Shown: positions 29,501 to 38,754 of the stretch, piece by piece | How positions within the stretch are numbered: the stretch's first letter is position 1 | How the letters are laid out: each line of letters starts with the position of its first letter | NCBI GenBank assembly: GCA_041740615.1 | Contig: JBGSLR010000097.1 | Span: 29,363-93,362 of the forward strand | DNA: 64,000 bases | Direction of reading: 5' to 3' | DNA from: Desulfobacterales bacterium | GTDB taxonomy: Bacteria > Desulfobacterota > Desulfobacteria > Desulfobacterales > SURF-7 | Notes under the pieces: generated by a model | Told to the model about the DNA's origin: nothing | The model's input: only the letters and a program-made list of their open reading frames with translations | Database searches by the model: none | Made by a program: the position numbers and the translations under genes

Positions 29501-31660
29501 GGTGACAACGGCGTTGAAAAAAGAAGATGCGTGAACCAGAAGCGTTGTACCCAATTTGGAAATGATGCGGCTGGTGTTTTCCAGCGCGTTCTGGGCACTT
29601 TGATGGGTGATGTCGGGCAATCCCAGGATGGTCAGATCCGAAGCAGCCGATTCCACGGAAATGATTTCCTCAAAAGAGCGCTGCTTGGCCGCGTTGTTGA
29701 TCACTTTGATATCGCCATCGAGCCGCGCATCCTGAAGGGTGCGTGTCATGTTTTTATAGATAGTCTCGATCAGGGCGCTCTCCTGGGTAACGATCAGAAA
29801 CCGCAGCCGGGCATCCCGCCACGGGAGGCTGGCCAGAATGAATTTCGACAGCGCCAGGGTGAAATTCCCATTATTCCCGGCGCCGCGCCACCAGATATCA
29901 ATGGTTTTGTATTCACCAAAGCCCCTCTGATCATGGTAATTCATCAGCATCAGGTTAAAATCCAGCTCACGGAGGTTTTTCAGAAGCTGAATAAATTCTT
30001 CGGGATCTTTGGTTTTTTTTCGCCATCCCATTAAAATGGCGTTGGGCTCAATGCCGGAAAACCCATAGGTCCGCGCAATGGTGTTGATCCCCTCGAACAC
30101 ATCCCGGCATTCCTGGCGACGGATGAACACCCCCTCAAACTCCTCGGCATCCGTGACAACCGTTCGACTGGATTTGGGGAACAGCACTTTGGCGGAAGGG
30201 TTTTCGATCAGGTCGAAATTGGATACCATACCAAGCTGCCCCGCGGTCCATCTGCCGAAGTCGATCAAGTGGGGCCGGGCAGTGGACCCGCCGCTGAACA
30301 GCAGTACATTGGGTTTCCAGTTGCGTTGATGTCGGCCGCCCTGGGAAAGTTTAAACAGCCCCATGCGGACAACGGAGAGCCAGATGCTCTCCCAGGCATC
30401 CCCGGTTTTCAGGGTCAGCTCCCTGCTTTTCAAAAAGAAAAGCAGCCCGCCCAGGATGACAATTCCGCCGATCATGGCCAGCAGATCGAGCTGAATCATC
30501 ACGATCAGACAGGTCAGGAATCCCAGGATGCTGACCCATTTGGGCACCTTGAAAGACGGCCGAAAGTCGGAACTGGCCCAGCGTTCCACGGCGCAGGACA
30601 GGTTCAGGAAACCATAGGTGGTGATAAAGAAAGTCGACACCACTCGCGCGATAATATCCAGTTCACCGATTAAAATCCCGACTTCGGCGATCAGGAAGGT
30701 GAGCAGCAGGGCGTTGCGGGGTTCGTTTTCCTTTCCATGCCCTTTAGCGAAAAACCGGGGGGTAATGTTGTCCACCGCCGTCGCCTGCAGGATCCTCGGG
30801 GCCCCCAGGATGCTTCCGATGGCGGAAGAAATCGTGGCCGCCCAGATCCCGGCGATCACCAGGGGCGGGTAGAGGGCGATTTCCAACAATACATTGGGAT
30901 TGTTGACCAGCGTGCCGGCGTCCACCCGGGACAGCAAAAAAACCGGTAGGCTCACATAAACCGCCAGCCCCACCAGAATGGCGGTGATGGTGCCCATGGG
31001 AATGGACTTCTGGGGTTCTTTCAGATCTCCGGACATGGATACCCCGGCCTCAAAACCGGTGACCGCCGGAAAAAAGATGCCGAACAGCACCATCATGGCG
31101 GGTGCGGTTGCCTGGGGTAGCAGGGGGATTTTGCCAGGGACATAGGCGGAATGACCGAACAGTACCGATATCAGGGACAGGATGATGGCGCCCAATATAA
31201 AAAACTGGGATTTCAAGGCAAGGGAGGTGCTGATGAACGTGAGCAGCGTCACCAGCAGCAGGACTGCCGTTCCGGTTATGCGAATGTTGTTGACGGTGTC
31301 TCCGATTCCCCAATAACTGTTGAAACTTTCCGAAAAACCGATGATATACAAACTGACGCTGAACGACAGCCCGAAAAAAAGGGCGATCCCCAGCGTGCCG
31401 CCGATGGACAGCCCCAGACTCCGGGAGATGATGTAATAACTGCCGCCGCCTTCCACCTTCTTATCCGTGGCGATGGAAGAAACGCTCAACCCCGTGCAGA
31501 TGGACACGATATGGGCCACCAGCACGATCCCGATCACCATGTAAAGTCCAGCCTGGCCGGCGATCCACGGCAGACGCATGTACATGATCACCCCGAGGAT
31601 CGTCAGGATGGAGGGAGTGAACACGCCGGCGAACGCGCCGTATTTTTTTGCCTGGGCCAT
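26510..31660 (-). CDS. SLC12/cation-chloride cotransporter (APC) fused to a long helical region and a C-terminal P-loop NTPase
   Basis: GVFTPSILTILGVIMYMR, FFPAVTGFEAGVSMSGDL, RNWKPNVL, IDIWW; C-terminal WVGRQAEL and GERFSGKS Walker A. Confidence 0.85.
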   Translation of the reverse strand: MAQAKKYGAFAGVFTPSILTILGVIMYMRLPWIAGQAGLYMVIGIVLVAHIVSICTGLSVSSIATDKKVEGGGSYYIISRSLGLSIGGTLGIALFFGLSFSVSLYIIGFSESFNSYWGIGDTVNNIRITGTAVLLLVTLLTFISTSLALKSQFFILGAIILSLISVLFGHSAYVPGKIPLLPQATAPAMMVLFGIFFPAVTGFEAGVSMSGDLKEPQKSIPMGTITAILVGLAVYVSLPVFLLSRVDAGTLVNNPNVLLEIALYPPLVIAGIWAATISSAIGSILGAPRILQATAVDNITPRFFAKGHGKENEPRNALLLTFLIAEVGILIGELDIIARVVSTFFITTYGFLNLSCAVERWASSDFRPSFKVPKWVSILGFLTCLIVMIQLDLLAMIGGIVILGGLLFFLKSRELTLKTGDAWESIWLSVVRMGLFKLSQGGRHQRNWKPNVLLFSGGSTARPHLIDFGRWTAGQLGMVSNFDLIENPSAKVLFPKSSRTVVTDAEEFEGVFIRRQECRDVFEGINTIARTYGFSGIEPNAILMGWRKKTKDPEEFIQLLKNLRELDFNLMLMNYHDQRGFGEYKTIDIWWRGAGNNGNFTLALSKFILASLPWRDARLRFLIVTQESALIETIYKNMTRTLQDARLDGDIKVINNAAKQRSFEEIISVESAASDLTILGLPDITHQSAQNALENTSRIISKLGTTLLVHASSFFNAVVTGIEYESNRDNQLFPDDALSNLGTQSLQLPPLTLPGDELLKLHISNLDQFVINMIFQTVERHFLVVHDQNRNLVKALGDLATNNLVRIGDLLKEGGSPKAKRTIAKIQGDLLFQFTRLITDFKQSSLTNQKDMLEEAVRNVKSRLDGYWQDLPEAIITLNSPEAIQPHPGDRTGLKWVKWVKRITCRWRKQPHPAVSVRFRQLIAAAWDHLVWEKWLNHFQQMAIHQYFWAQDIQRMVKLIKDRLDWSETQFLDGKLLSENVTEAQNEATRAVEGIQQVNNKIFFEFIRDMLRDYRHMVNQAAMESGSIDVAFHHRQHVKHQQPGKQAKLKLDEFPQAWLNNQTLLVEMMLMDLSLMAFQRRLAMILLRIKQDWFLSLENGLHDKIERLIHDIQAGMNPPEEKPEKEAKLQFEVNTNLIPEQAVKFIAEEIQPAFEKIPETAQAITELSLQQLQEGRFAEIDGLSVDLRELLEYFVYAELLDPLRQHLTGIPSKIEAIIAHVKDAVRFLSFNQSSPEFLGESSGESDSRSIVQQTVARIETEKESVVVLQQELMGAIDQGLKQLTEKINPYLIIQSSNELRRYIRYKESKKVISIFGKKGRKLETWAQQLLIKMIYRQPPGILKNQGGGIDSHGEPCVKEVLAWLDTVSPKTPVFDELPFHYKQLFVSDQPPNKDFWVGRQAELARAQTAVERFRSGTSGALMVTGERFSGKSALSHYIAHQFFDRQSVFQIFPPGDGSCSLEIFHQTMENAFQVRGSTEHLFLQIPSQSVIVFHNLELWWERHPQGNAIMNHMEWMIREFGRQCFFILNMNAHALKLIRNLQKFEEYFLDVVVCSPMTAEELKTLILLRHKATGLKLKLEHQSQETISELTFARLFRKFSDYSHGNVGVALHTWISHIEHVSGDTLQIATPSLPDLTPLSRLPMEWMVVILQFVLHRTLSQSKLVRLMGWNDPQFKRFMDVLHRAGILQARNDGLWSINPYLEPFVTDQLRARKML

Positions 31661-31858
31661 AAAGATCGTTGCTCCTCATTCGGGCTGAACTGTCAAAAGT
31701 CGCAAATGCAATACACCGGCGGAAACCGGAGTGCAGAGCAAACAATACAAAGGGTGTTGACTCCTGCCAAGGAATCCGACGCGAGGCAAGGGCAGAACAT
31801 CACCTTTTTCGGTAACCGAGGATATGAGGGATACGAAAGCGTTTTTTAAGGTGAACCG

Positions 31859-31887
31859 AAGATATGCCAAGTTCCTTCATGTGTCAA
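31859..31887 (-). promoter_or_regulatory. Putative sigma70 promoter of the CCC-NTPase/MscS operon
   Basis: TTGACA-17 bp-TATCTT on the minus strand. Confidence 0.55.
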
Positions 31888-32247
31888 GAAATTTGTTAAA
31901 ACAGCAGGTTGCCACCGTGTGCTATTACAGATACCCCTCAAGTAATATACCGAAATTCAATCTCCCCAACCCATTTCCGAGGAGCCGAGGTCTCTTGAAC
32001 TCGATTCCGACATCCCGCTATCCCTGGAAGATGAATCGTTTTTCGAGTCCCTAAAGGCGAAGGGGGGGCTTGCCGATGCCTGAAGACGTGAAAGTGAGGC
32101 CTGATCAATTACGATATATGAGAACGATGTGTAAGGCGGTGTACGGTATCGATGATATTTCGGTCTGGAACCCGGATCCCCGTTTCCCCACTCCCGAAAA
32201 AACATGGGGAATGCATACATCCGCTCTAACAAATGGCGACATGGAGG

Positions 32248-33966
32248 TCAACTCGCTTTGGGAAGCGTCGTTTCATACGACCATTCGCCCCAGACTTTTT
32301 CGACAATTTTCATCAACAGCGGCGTGATGATTTCGTCCGCCATCTTTCCGTACAGCAGATCAAGATGGTTGGCGCCCTCGATGACGAAATCGATCATCTG
32401 ACTCTTTTCCGAAGTGATCCGGACTTTTTTCAGATCGCTCGGGGAGGAAAGGTGGTACACTTTTTTCGTATGGTGGGGGTAGTACTGACTGTAGCGCAGG
32501 TTTTTCAACGATGCGAGATGGTCTTTGGTTCCCCAGAAATGGAAAACGGGGATGTCCTCCGGGAACCAGGCAAGGGAGTCCGAATAGTTCAGGCGGCTGT
32601 CGTCCATTCTTTTGAATCCCTTGCCGTCATAGATGGCTTTCAGGCATTGAAAGCCAAGGCCCAGGGGTATGGATTGGGTAGCGGTTTTCAGATATCGCTC
32701 GACGAAATATTTATCGTTTCTATGATTGTCGGGGGTAATCAGAAAATTCAGTTCTCCGATATTGTGATTGGAGAGAAACCGAATGATCTGCTTGAGCATG
32801 GGCAGTTCCGTGAGAACCTTGGAGATTTCCTGCACGGGCACCTGTTGGAAGCGGAAGATGCGGGACAGGTGATTCAGCCAGAGGGCCGTGGGGAAGAAGA
32901 TATGAGATTTCTTTTCGAAAAATTTCGGGGATCCCAGGGAAACGATGCCTTGGATCATCTTCAAGTAGTTCTCGGCTTCCGACAGGGGGGGAAGGATCTG
33001 GTTGAGGATTTCCTTCTGATCCTTGTCAAAGGTCCCGATTCCATCAAGATGGCGGCGCAGGGACCAGTTCAGCACCATATTCTCGGAAACCAGCCCGCCC
33101 ATGCTGTGACCGACCAGGATCGTGGGTTTGCCGTAACTTCGGGTATGCAGAAACCGGACGACCGTCGCCAGGTCGAAATCGATCAGGGTATCGACGGTGT
33201 ACAGGGGATCGAAGCGGCCCTCATTCACGCCGACGCCCCGGGGATCGAAAAGATATACCCAGTATCCCCTGTCGGCCAGGTCCTTGGACAGGGAATAGCG
33301 GTTGTTGATGTTGAAACAGTTGCTGTTGTTGGCAAAGCCCGGCACCAGAATCACGGCCGGATGATTGTCGCCGGCCGTGACCGCTTCCATGCTCACCAGG
33401 CGGCGGAAGGTGATTTCCTTGCCCTCATCGGTAAAGTCCCGGTAATAAACGGTTTCGTAGTCTCCGCGGCCGTTACGGATGGCTTCTTCGATTTTGCTTT
33501 CGAAATAGATCGGCACCGCATCCGTCCGCAAGGCCTCCTTCAGAATTCGGCGGCGGCGCGCGACATTCAGGATCGTGGGGATTTGCTTTTTGGGAATGTT
33601 GAAGCGTTTCAAGGACAGGAACGACAGATCGCTTTCAGAAAGAAGGATGACGTTTTCGGTCAGACGCAGCCTGCCCTTTTCCAGCTCATCGACGATCACC
33701 AGCTTGATATCATCCCGCTGAATCCTCATTCCGGTTGCATTCAGAAACATGTGATACAATGCCAGGGCCAGTTTGCCCACGGCATCGGTCCTGATTTCTT
33801 CCTGGCTGACGATCAGTTCCTTTGAAACCGGCAGCCCCATGTTGATTTGACCCTTATAGAATTTACTATAGGCATTGTAACTGGAATTGATCAACAGCGT
33901 CGGTATGTCGTTTACAACACAACGGGTAAATGAATTACGCACTTCATTCAATTTTTTGAAAATCAT
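32248..33966 (-). CDS. Alpha/beta hydrolase (lipase/esterase) with an N-terminal extra domain
   Basis: ILVPGF oxyanion region; GHSMGG nucleophile; GTKDHL Asp; NHLDL His. Confidence 0.82.
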   Translation of the reverse strand: MIFKKLNEVRNSFTRCVVNDIPTLLINSSYNAYSKFYKGQINMGLPVSKELIVSQEEIRTDAVGKLALALYHMFLNATGMRIQRDDIKLVIVDELEKGRLRLTENVILLSESDLSFLSLKRFNIPKKQIPTILNVARRRRILKEALRTDAVPIYFESKIEEAIRNGRGDYETVYYRDFTDEGKEITFRRLVSMEAVTAGDNHPAVILVPGFANNSNCFNINNRYSLSKDLADRGYWVYLFDPRGVGVNEGRFDPLYTVDTLIDFDLATVVRFLHTRSYGKPTILVGHSMGGLVSENMVLNWSLRRHLDGIGTFDKDQKEILNQILPPLSEAENYLKMIQGIVSLGSPKFFEKKSHIFFPTALWLNHLSRIFRFQQVPVQEISKVLTELPMLKQIIRFLSNHNIGELNFLITPDNHRNDKYFVERYLKTATQSIPLGLGFQCLKAIYDGKGFKRMDDSRLNYSDSLAWFPEDIPVFHFWGTKDHLASLKNLRYSQYYPHHTKKVYHLSSPSDLKKVRITSEKSQMIDFVIEGANHLDLLYGKMADEIITPLLMKIVEKVWGEWSYETTLPKAS

Positions 33967-36023
33967 CCCTTCTGTAACTCCTTGACTGCAAGTTCTTTTA
34001 CTCTCTCAATATCCTCATCGCTAAAAACACCTTCCACTCCCGAGATGGCGGCGAGTTTCATTCCGTGTTTCAGCCCCAGACGGTAGATTTCACGCACTTT
34101 GTCCCATTGGGGAGAAGAGCCGACGGTGTATGTCTCGAATCTTCCTTCCAGGGCCAGGATGATGGTCTCGGCCAGGCCGGCGTAGGCCACGTGGGGAGGA
34201 AGTCCAATGTCTTTCATTTCCACTGCTTCTCCGGGAAGAAGGATCTCACCGCTTCGGATCACCAGTACATCGGGTCTTTTGGCGGCTATCTTTTTTGTGA
34301 ACACCATGGGCCTTGTGATATCCGTGATCACACAGCCCGGCTTGACCTGCATGATGTCCAGCACGCGGCCGGCGCCGGAGCTCGCGGCGACGATGACGTC
34401 CATGTCTCCCAGATACGTGTCCGCCCGCGTGGAAACATGGAGCTTCACGTTGGGGGCTTCTTCCATGATGGATTCCTGCAGGGCCAACAGCTTGGCGATA
34501 TTCCGACCCACCAGATAGACTTCTTCAAAGGCACGCGCCAGCAGCCGAGAGCAGATGGCGCCAACCGGCCCCGTGGCTCCGATTACCATGGTTTTGGCGC
34601 TGATGATTTTCTTGCCTTTTTTCAACTTCGCAAGACCCATGCGGCGCACCGCTTCGGCCGCCGCCCAAAGGGCCGCGGAAGCGACATAACTGTTCCCGGT
34701 GGTGAGGGGAAGTGCGGCGTGCTTGGCCACTTCCAGGCTGGAGTCCTTCAATTCCCGGGGCATCATGCTGATTCCCATGATCTGCGCGCCCAGCTTTTTG
34801 GCGATAACGGCGGCCTGCAGGATGCGCTTTTTCGTAAAATCCGGGTGATGGGCCTGCATCTGATCAGGGGTTTCGCCGATGCCGATTAACCATCCCTCCG
34901 CCTCTACGCCGGTCTCGGATTTGATGCCCGTCACTTTCGAGTAAACGAACGGCGGCGAATACGCCATGGCTTTTTCCACCATTCCCATCACACCAGGGGT
35001 CATATCGGCAAGAACTTCGATGGGCTTTATTTTTTTCAGGAATTCCTGGTTCAGCGGATGCACCAGGTAGGCAAAGCGGTTGACGCGCCTGGGTTGACCG
35101 GAAGGGTAGATGATTCGCGGCTCCATGTTCATTTCCGTTATGATTTCAAGGAGATCGTCTCTGCCCCGCTGGTCCTTGGGAATATTCAACGCGGCGATCA
35201 GCAGCGCTTCCAGGACACAAACCCCGATCACTTCCTTGATGAGCGCCGGGGTGGTGTCGATGATGACATCGACGCCCTTGCTTTTCAAAAACTCCACCCG
35301 GTCGTCATAAGCGGTTGAGGTGATGATGGTTTTCCCGACCAGGTCGTCATCGTTCAGTAAGTTCAGATATTTATAAAAATTGCTATGGGGTACCACAAGG
35401 ATCTGGGCTTTTTGGGCCTCCTGGCGCAGGATATACTCATTGATGGAGCGTACCGGTTTGGATTCCGACAGAAATTGCCGTCCGGGGATCCATTTCAGCG
35501 CGGGGCGTATTTTACCGGCATAGAGTTGGAACTCGTCCAGGGAGCTGATGAGTCTGGGCAGGGCGTTTTCGATCAGCGGGTCGGCAAAGGCCATGTTGTC
35601 GGTGTATTCGGACATGACTCGGGCGATATTGAAGCTCGACATACCGGAAAACAAGAGCACCCTGGCATTGTTGAAGTAATTGTTGCCGAATTTGAACTGG
35701 GTGTGACGAAGTGACCATTCATGGCCCACCACGCGAAGGGTTTTGCCGATCGTGACGGGTGTTTCCAGGGTTTTCCCCAGCCGGATGAGTTTTTCGGTTT
35801 CCGGGTCCTGTTTGGCTTTCCGGCCAACACTGTAAGGGAACTTGATGCTTCCCAGACCGATGGCGTCGGCTTTCTTGTTCCATTGCAGCAGCAGATCCGA
35901 GGCTTGCTCAAAATCTCCGTCCGTTCCGAAACGGCGGATACAAAACTTTTGATTCATGAATCGGGTCTCAAATTCGTAATCGTCTCGACTTGGTCCGAGA
36001 CTGATATCAACGATCTGTTTCAA
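33963..36023 (-). CDS. Acyl-ACP-reductase-like two-domain protein, catalytic Cys replaced by Gly
   Basis: Paralogue of 36035..38098; TTGNSY, GATGPVG, AYAGLAETI. Confidence 0.75.
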   Translation of the reverse strand: MKQIVDISLGPSRDDYEFETRFMNQKFCIRRFGTDGDFEQASDLLLQWNKKADAIGLGSIKFPYSVGRKAKQDPETEKLIRLGKTLETPVTIGKTLRVVGHEWSLRHTQFKFGNNYFNNARVLLFSGMSSFNIARVMSEYTDNMAFADPLIENALPRLISSLDEFQLYAGKIRPALKWIPGRQFLSESKPVRSINEYILRQEAQKAQILVVPHSNFYKYLNLLNDDDLVGKTIITSTAYDDRVEFLKSKGVDVIIDTTPALIKEVIGVCVLEALLIAALNIPKDQRGRDDLLEIITEMNMEPRIIYPSGQPRRVNRFAYLVHPLNQEFLKKIKPIEVLADMTPGVMGMVEKAMAYSPPFVYSKVTGIKSETGVEAEGWLIGIGETPDQMQAHHPDFTKKRILQAAVIAKKLGAQIMGISMMPRELKDSSLEVAKHAALPLTTGNSYVASAALWAAAEAVRRMGLAKLKKGKKIISAKTMVIGATGPVGAICSRLLARAFEEVYLVGRNIAKLLALQESIMEEAPNVKLHVSTRADTYLGDMDVIVAASSGAGRVLDIMQVKPGCVITDITRPMVFTKKIAAKRPDVLVIRSGEILLPGEAVEMKDIGLPPHVAYAGLAETIILALEGRFETYTVGSSPQWDKVREIYRLGLKHGMKLAAISGVEGVFSDEDIERVKELAVKELQKG

Positions 36024-36034
36024 GATGACCTCCT

Positions 36035-38098
36035 CTAGTTCAGCGCCGCTTTTCTGGCTTCCAGTGCAAGTTTTTTGACCCTGGCGATATCCTCATCGGT
36101 GAACACGCCGTTCACGCCGGAAATGGCAGCCAGTTTCATGCCGTGCTTCAGACCCATTTTGTAGATTTCCTTTACTTTTTCCCATTCGATATCCCGGCCG
36201 ATGGTGAACACCTCAAAGCGACCCTCCAGGGCCAGAACGATGGTTTCCGCGAGACAGGCATAGGCGACTTTATGGGGCAGACCGATGCTTTTCATCTCCG
36301 GATTGCCGGGCAATTCGATTTCACCGGATTCGATGACGAGAACATCCGGCCGTTTGGCGACGTCTTCCGGCGAAAGATCCAGGGGCCGGGCCACATCGGT
36401 GATAATGCATCCCGGTTTCACGCGGGTGATGTCCAGAACGGTTTTACCGGCTCCGGAGGTGGCCGTGACAATGACATCCATGTCCGCCAGAAATTTATCC
36501 GGCCGGGTGGTCACTTTTATCTTTACCTCCGGATTTTCTTGCAGGATGGATTCCTTCAGCGCCATGAGCTTGGCGGTGTTGCGGCCGACCATGAAGACCT
36601 CGTCGAAGGCCGTGGCAAGCAGCCGACAACATACCGAACCGATGGCTCCGGTGGCGCCCAGAACCATGGATTTCCCCATGATTTTTTTCCCTTTTTCAAT
36701 TTTGATCAGGCCCATGCGGCGGACGGCGTCCGCCGCCGCCCATAGCGCGCCGGACGCACTGTAGCTGTTGCCGGTGGTGATGGGGATGTCCGCTTTTTTG
36801 GCCACGGTTACGCCCGCGTCGCCCACGACCTTGGTGAAGGCGCCGAGGCCCATGATCTGCGCGCCCATGCGTTTGGCCATTCTGGCGGCTTGCAGTAAGC
36901 GCTTGTACGTGAATTCCGGGCTGTGCGCCAGCATTTGCTTGGGAGTGCCTCCGACGGTGATCAACCAGCCCTCGGTCTCGGCGCCCGTTGGAGATTTGAT
37001 GCCGGTTACCCGGGAGTAGACCCAGGGTGGCGCATAGGCGACCACTTTTTCAACGGTGTCCAGGAATACCGGCGGTGTGAAACTGGCCATGAAATCCACC
37101 GCTTTGTCCTTTTTCAAAAATTCCTTTGAAAGGGGATGGATCACAAACGCGAAGCGGTTGATGCGTTTGGGGTTCCCCGAAGGATAGACGATGCGCGGGT
37201 CCATTTTTTGCGCGCTGATGATTTCCAGCAGGTCGTCCGACCTGACCTGGTCGCGGTTCCTTCCCATGGCGGCGATGATCAACGCTTCCAGCAGATTTGG
37301 GGGGACCACGCGTTCCAGAATTTTCGGTGTCGTATCGATGATGACATTCACCCCCCTTTCTTTCAGGAAGGAGACCCGGTCATCATCCGCGGTGGAGGTG
37401 ATGATGGTTTTGCCACCCAGTTCCTCAATGGAAGTGTTTTTCAGATAGTCGTAGAATTCGAAATGGGGCACCACAAGGATGTTGGCTTTCTGCATGGCCT
37501 TCCGCAGAATGTAATCATTCCACGATTGAATCGGCGCAACCGACCCGGTCAGTCGTTTGCTCGGCACCCATTGCAGGACTTCGTGGAATCCGTGGGCGTA
37601 GGACTCAAGATCCTTGAGGGAGTTGATGAATTTGGGAATGCCGTTTTCCAGGATCGGGTCGGCGAAAGAAAGGTTGTCGGTGAACTCGGACATCACCTTG
37701 GCGATGCGGTAGCTGGTCATGCCGGAAAGAAAAAGAACCCGGGCGTTGCTGAAGTAATTTCCAAATTTATACTCGATATAGCGCAGCGACCACTCGAAGG
37801 AAACGTCTCGCAGCTTGTCCCCCATGGTGACCGGGGTCTGGATTTGGGCCCCCAGCTCTCTCAGTTTGTTGCTGTTTTTTCTTGTCAGATAGCGGGGACC
37901 GATCCCATAGGGGCGTTTAATGCCCCCCAGGCCGATGGCGGCTGCCTCCTTATCCCATTTCAGCAGAAAGGCGGCGGCTTTTTCCATGTTTCCGTCGGTG
38001 CCCAATCGTTTGATGATGAAATTCTGGCCAAGGAATTCCGTCTCAAATTCATAATCTTTCTCGCTTGGTCCTAAACTGATGCTGACGACCTTTTTCAC
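36035..38098 (-). CDS. Acyl-ACP/CoA-reductase-like two-domain protein (aldehyde-forming type)
   Basis: C-terminal half matches cyanobacterial AAR motifs: APPWV, GLGAFT, ITTGNSY, GATGAIGS, AYACLAETI, HGMKLA. Confidence 0.78.
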   Translation of the reverse strand: MKKVVSISLGPSEKDYEFETEFLGQNFIIKRLGTDGNMEKAAAFLLKWDKEAAAIGLGGIKRPYGIGPRYLTRKNSNKLRELGAQIQTPVTMGDKLRDVSFEWSLRYIEYKFGNYFSNARVLFLSGMTSYRIAKVMSEFTDNLSFADPILENGIPKFINSLKDLESYAHGFHEVLQWVPSKRLTGSVAPIQSWNDYILRKAMQKANILVVPHFEFYDYLKNTSIEELGGKTIITSTADDDRVSFLKERGVNVIIDTTPKILERVVPPNLLEALIIAAMGRNRDQVRSDDLLEIISAQKMDPRIVYPSGNPKRINRFAFVIHPLSKEFLKKDKAVDFMASFTPPVFLDTVEKVVAYAPPWVYSRVTGIKSPTGAETEGWLITVGGTPKQMLAHSPEFTYKRLLQAARMAKRMGAQIMGLGAFTKVVGDAGVTVAKKADIPITTGNSYSASGALWAAADAVRRMGLIKIEKGKKIMGKSMVLGATGAIGSVCCRLLATAFDEVFMVGRNTAKLMALKESILQENPEVKIKVTTRPDKFLADMDVIVTATSGAGKTVLDITRVKPGCIITDVARPLDLSPEDVAKRPDVLVIESGEIELPGNPEMKSIGLPHKVAYACLAETIVLALEGRFEVFTIGRDIEWEKVKEIYKMGLKHGMKLAAISGVNGVFTDEDIARVKKLALEARKAALN

Positions 38099-38162
38099 AG
38101 GCTCCTCCTGCCATATATTGTAAGGTTACAACTTCCGCCCTTCATTAGGTTGGATGGGTTTG

Positions 38163-38453
38163 TCATCCTGAATCATCCCGTCCATCTCCGTCGTTTCCGA
38201 TGGCGTTCACCGGACAGATATCCATGGCTTCCAGGCACCGTTCTTCCTCTTCCTCCGAGGAAGGTTGTTTGTATACGAATTCATACCCTTCCTCCAGATT
38301 CGAGCAAAAATTGTTCGATGCGATTTCCGCACATAGGGTGCATCCGATGCAGGTATCGTCGACGTAATATCTCCCCTGAGTGTTTTCCTTTATTTTTTTC
38401 GCTTTATTCGGCAACCCAATGTCCGTTTTCGACTTCGACGTAAGAGGCGACAC
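38163..38453 (-). CDS. Single-cluster ferredoxin
   Basis: YYVDDTCIGCTLC...CPVNAI. The start may be the TTG at 38414. Confidence 0.88.
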   Translation of the reverse strand: MSPLTSKSKTDIGLPNKAKKIKENTQGRYYVDDTCIGCTLCAEIASNNFCSNLEEGYEFVYKQPSSEEEEERCLEAMDICPVNAIGNDGDGRDDSG

Positions 38454-38485
38454 CGTTAATGCGCATCATTTCCCGAAAGCGTTTC

Positions 38486-38710
38486 CTACCGATGATTTTT
38501 CCCGATATCCGAGCGATAATCCAGAAGCAACAGCGCAATGAAAGGCAATTCGACCATGAATTCGAGGATAAACCCAAAAACAATCGCAAATAAGATCAGG
38601 GGCAGTTTGATTACGGTAAAATAAACGGCAGACAGCCTCGCTTTTAAACTGGCATACCATGCTTGTTCACCCAGGAAATGCGTCATCACTTCTGATTCGT
38701 CCTCCTCCAT
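38486..38710 (-). CDS. Small hydrophobic protein (74 aa)
   Basis: AGGAG RBS 7 nt upstream of the ATG; long hydrophobic stretch; lies in the operon between WS/DGAT and ferredoxin. Confidence 0.55.
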   Translation of the reverse strand: MEEDESEVMTHFLGEQAWYASLKARLSAVYFTVIKLPLILFAIVFGFILEFMVELPFIALLLLDYRSDIGKNHR

Positions 38711-38754
38711 ACTATTCTCCTGCCGATTCCGTCGATCCGTTACCTGTAAAGATG

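Noticed and set aside
31661-31858. Riboswitch in the ~190-nt leader of the CCC gene
   Set aside because: I could not recognise c-di-AMP or Na+ riboswitch consensus by eye. An Infernal/Rfam scan would be decisive.
31946-32327. Small plus-strand ORFs or an ncRNA between the CCC and lipase genes
   Set aside because: The first reading frame lacks a standard start, the second overlaps the lipase 3' end by 80 bp, and I recognise no RNA family.
32248-33966. PHA synthase (phaC) call, suggested by the phasin/PhaR context
   Set aside because: The nucleophile elbow is GHSMGG (Ser), not GxCxGG, and no phaE/phaA/phaB is nearby.
33963-38453. Cyanobacterial-type alkane biosynthesis (AAR + ferredoxin)
   Set aside because: No aldehyde-deformylating oxygenase is recognisable, and WS/DGAT plus ADH point to wax esters instead.
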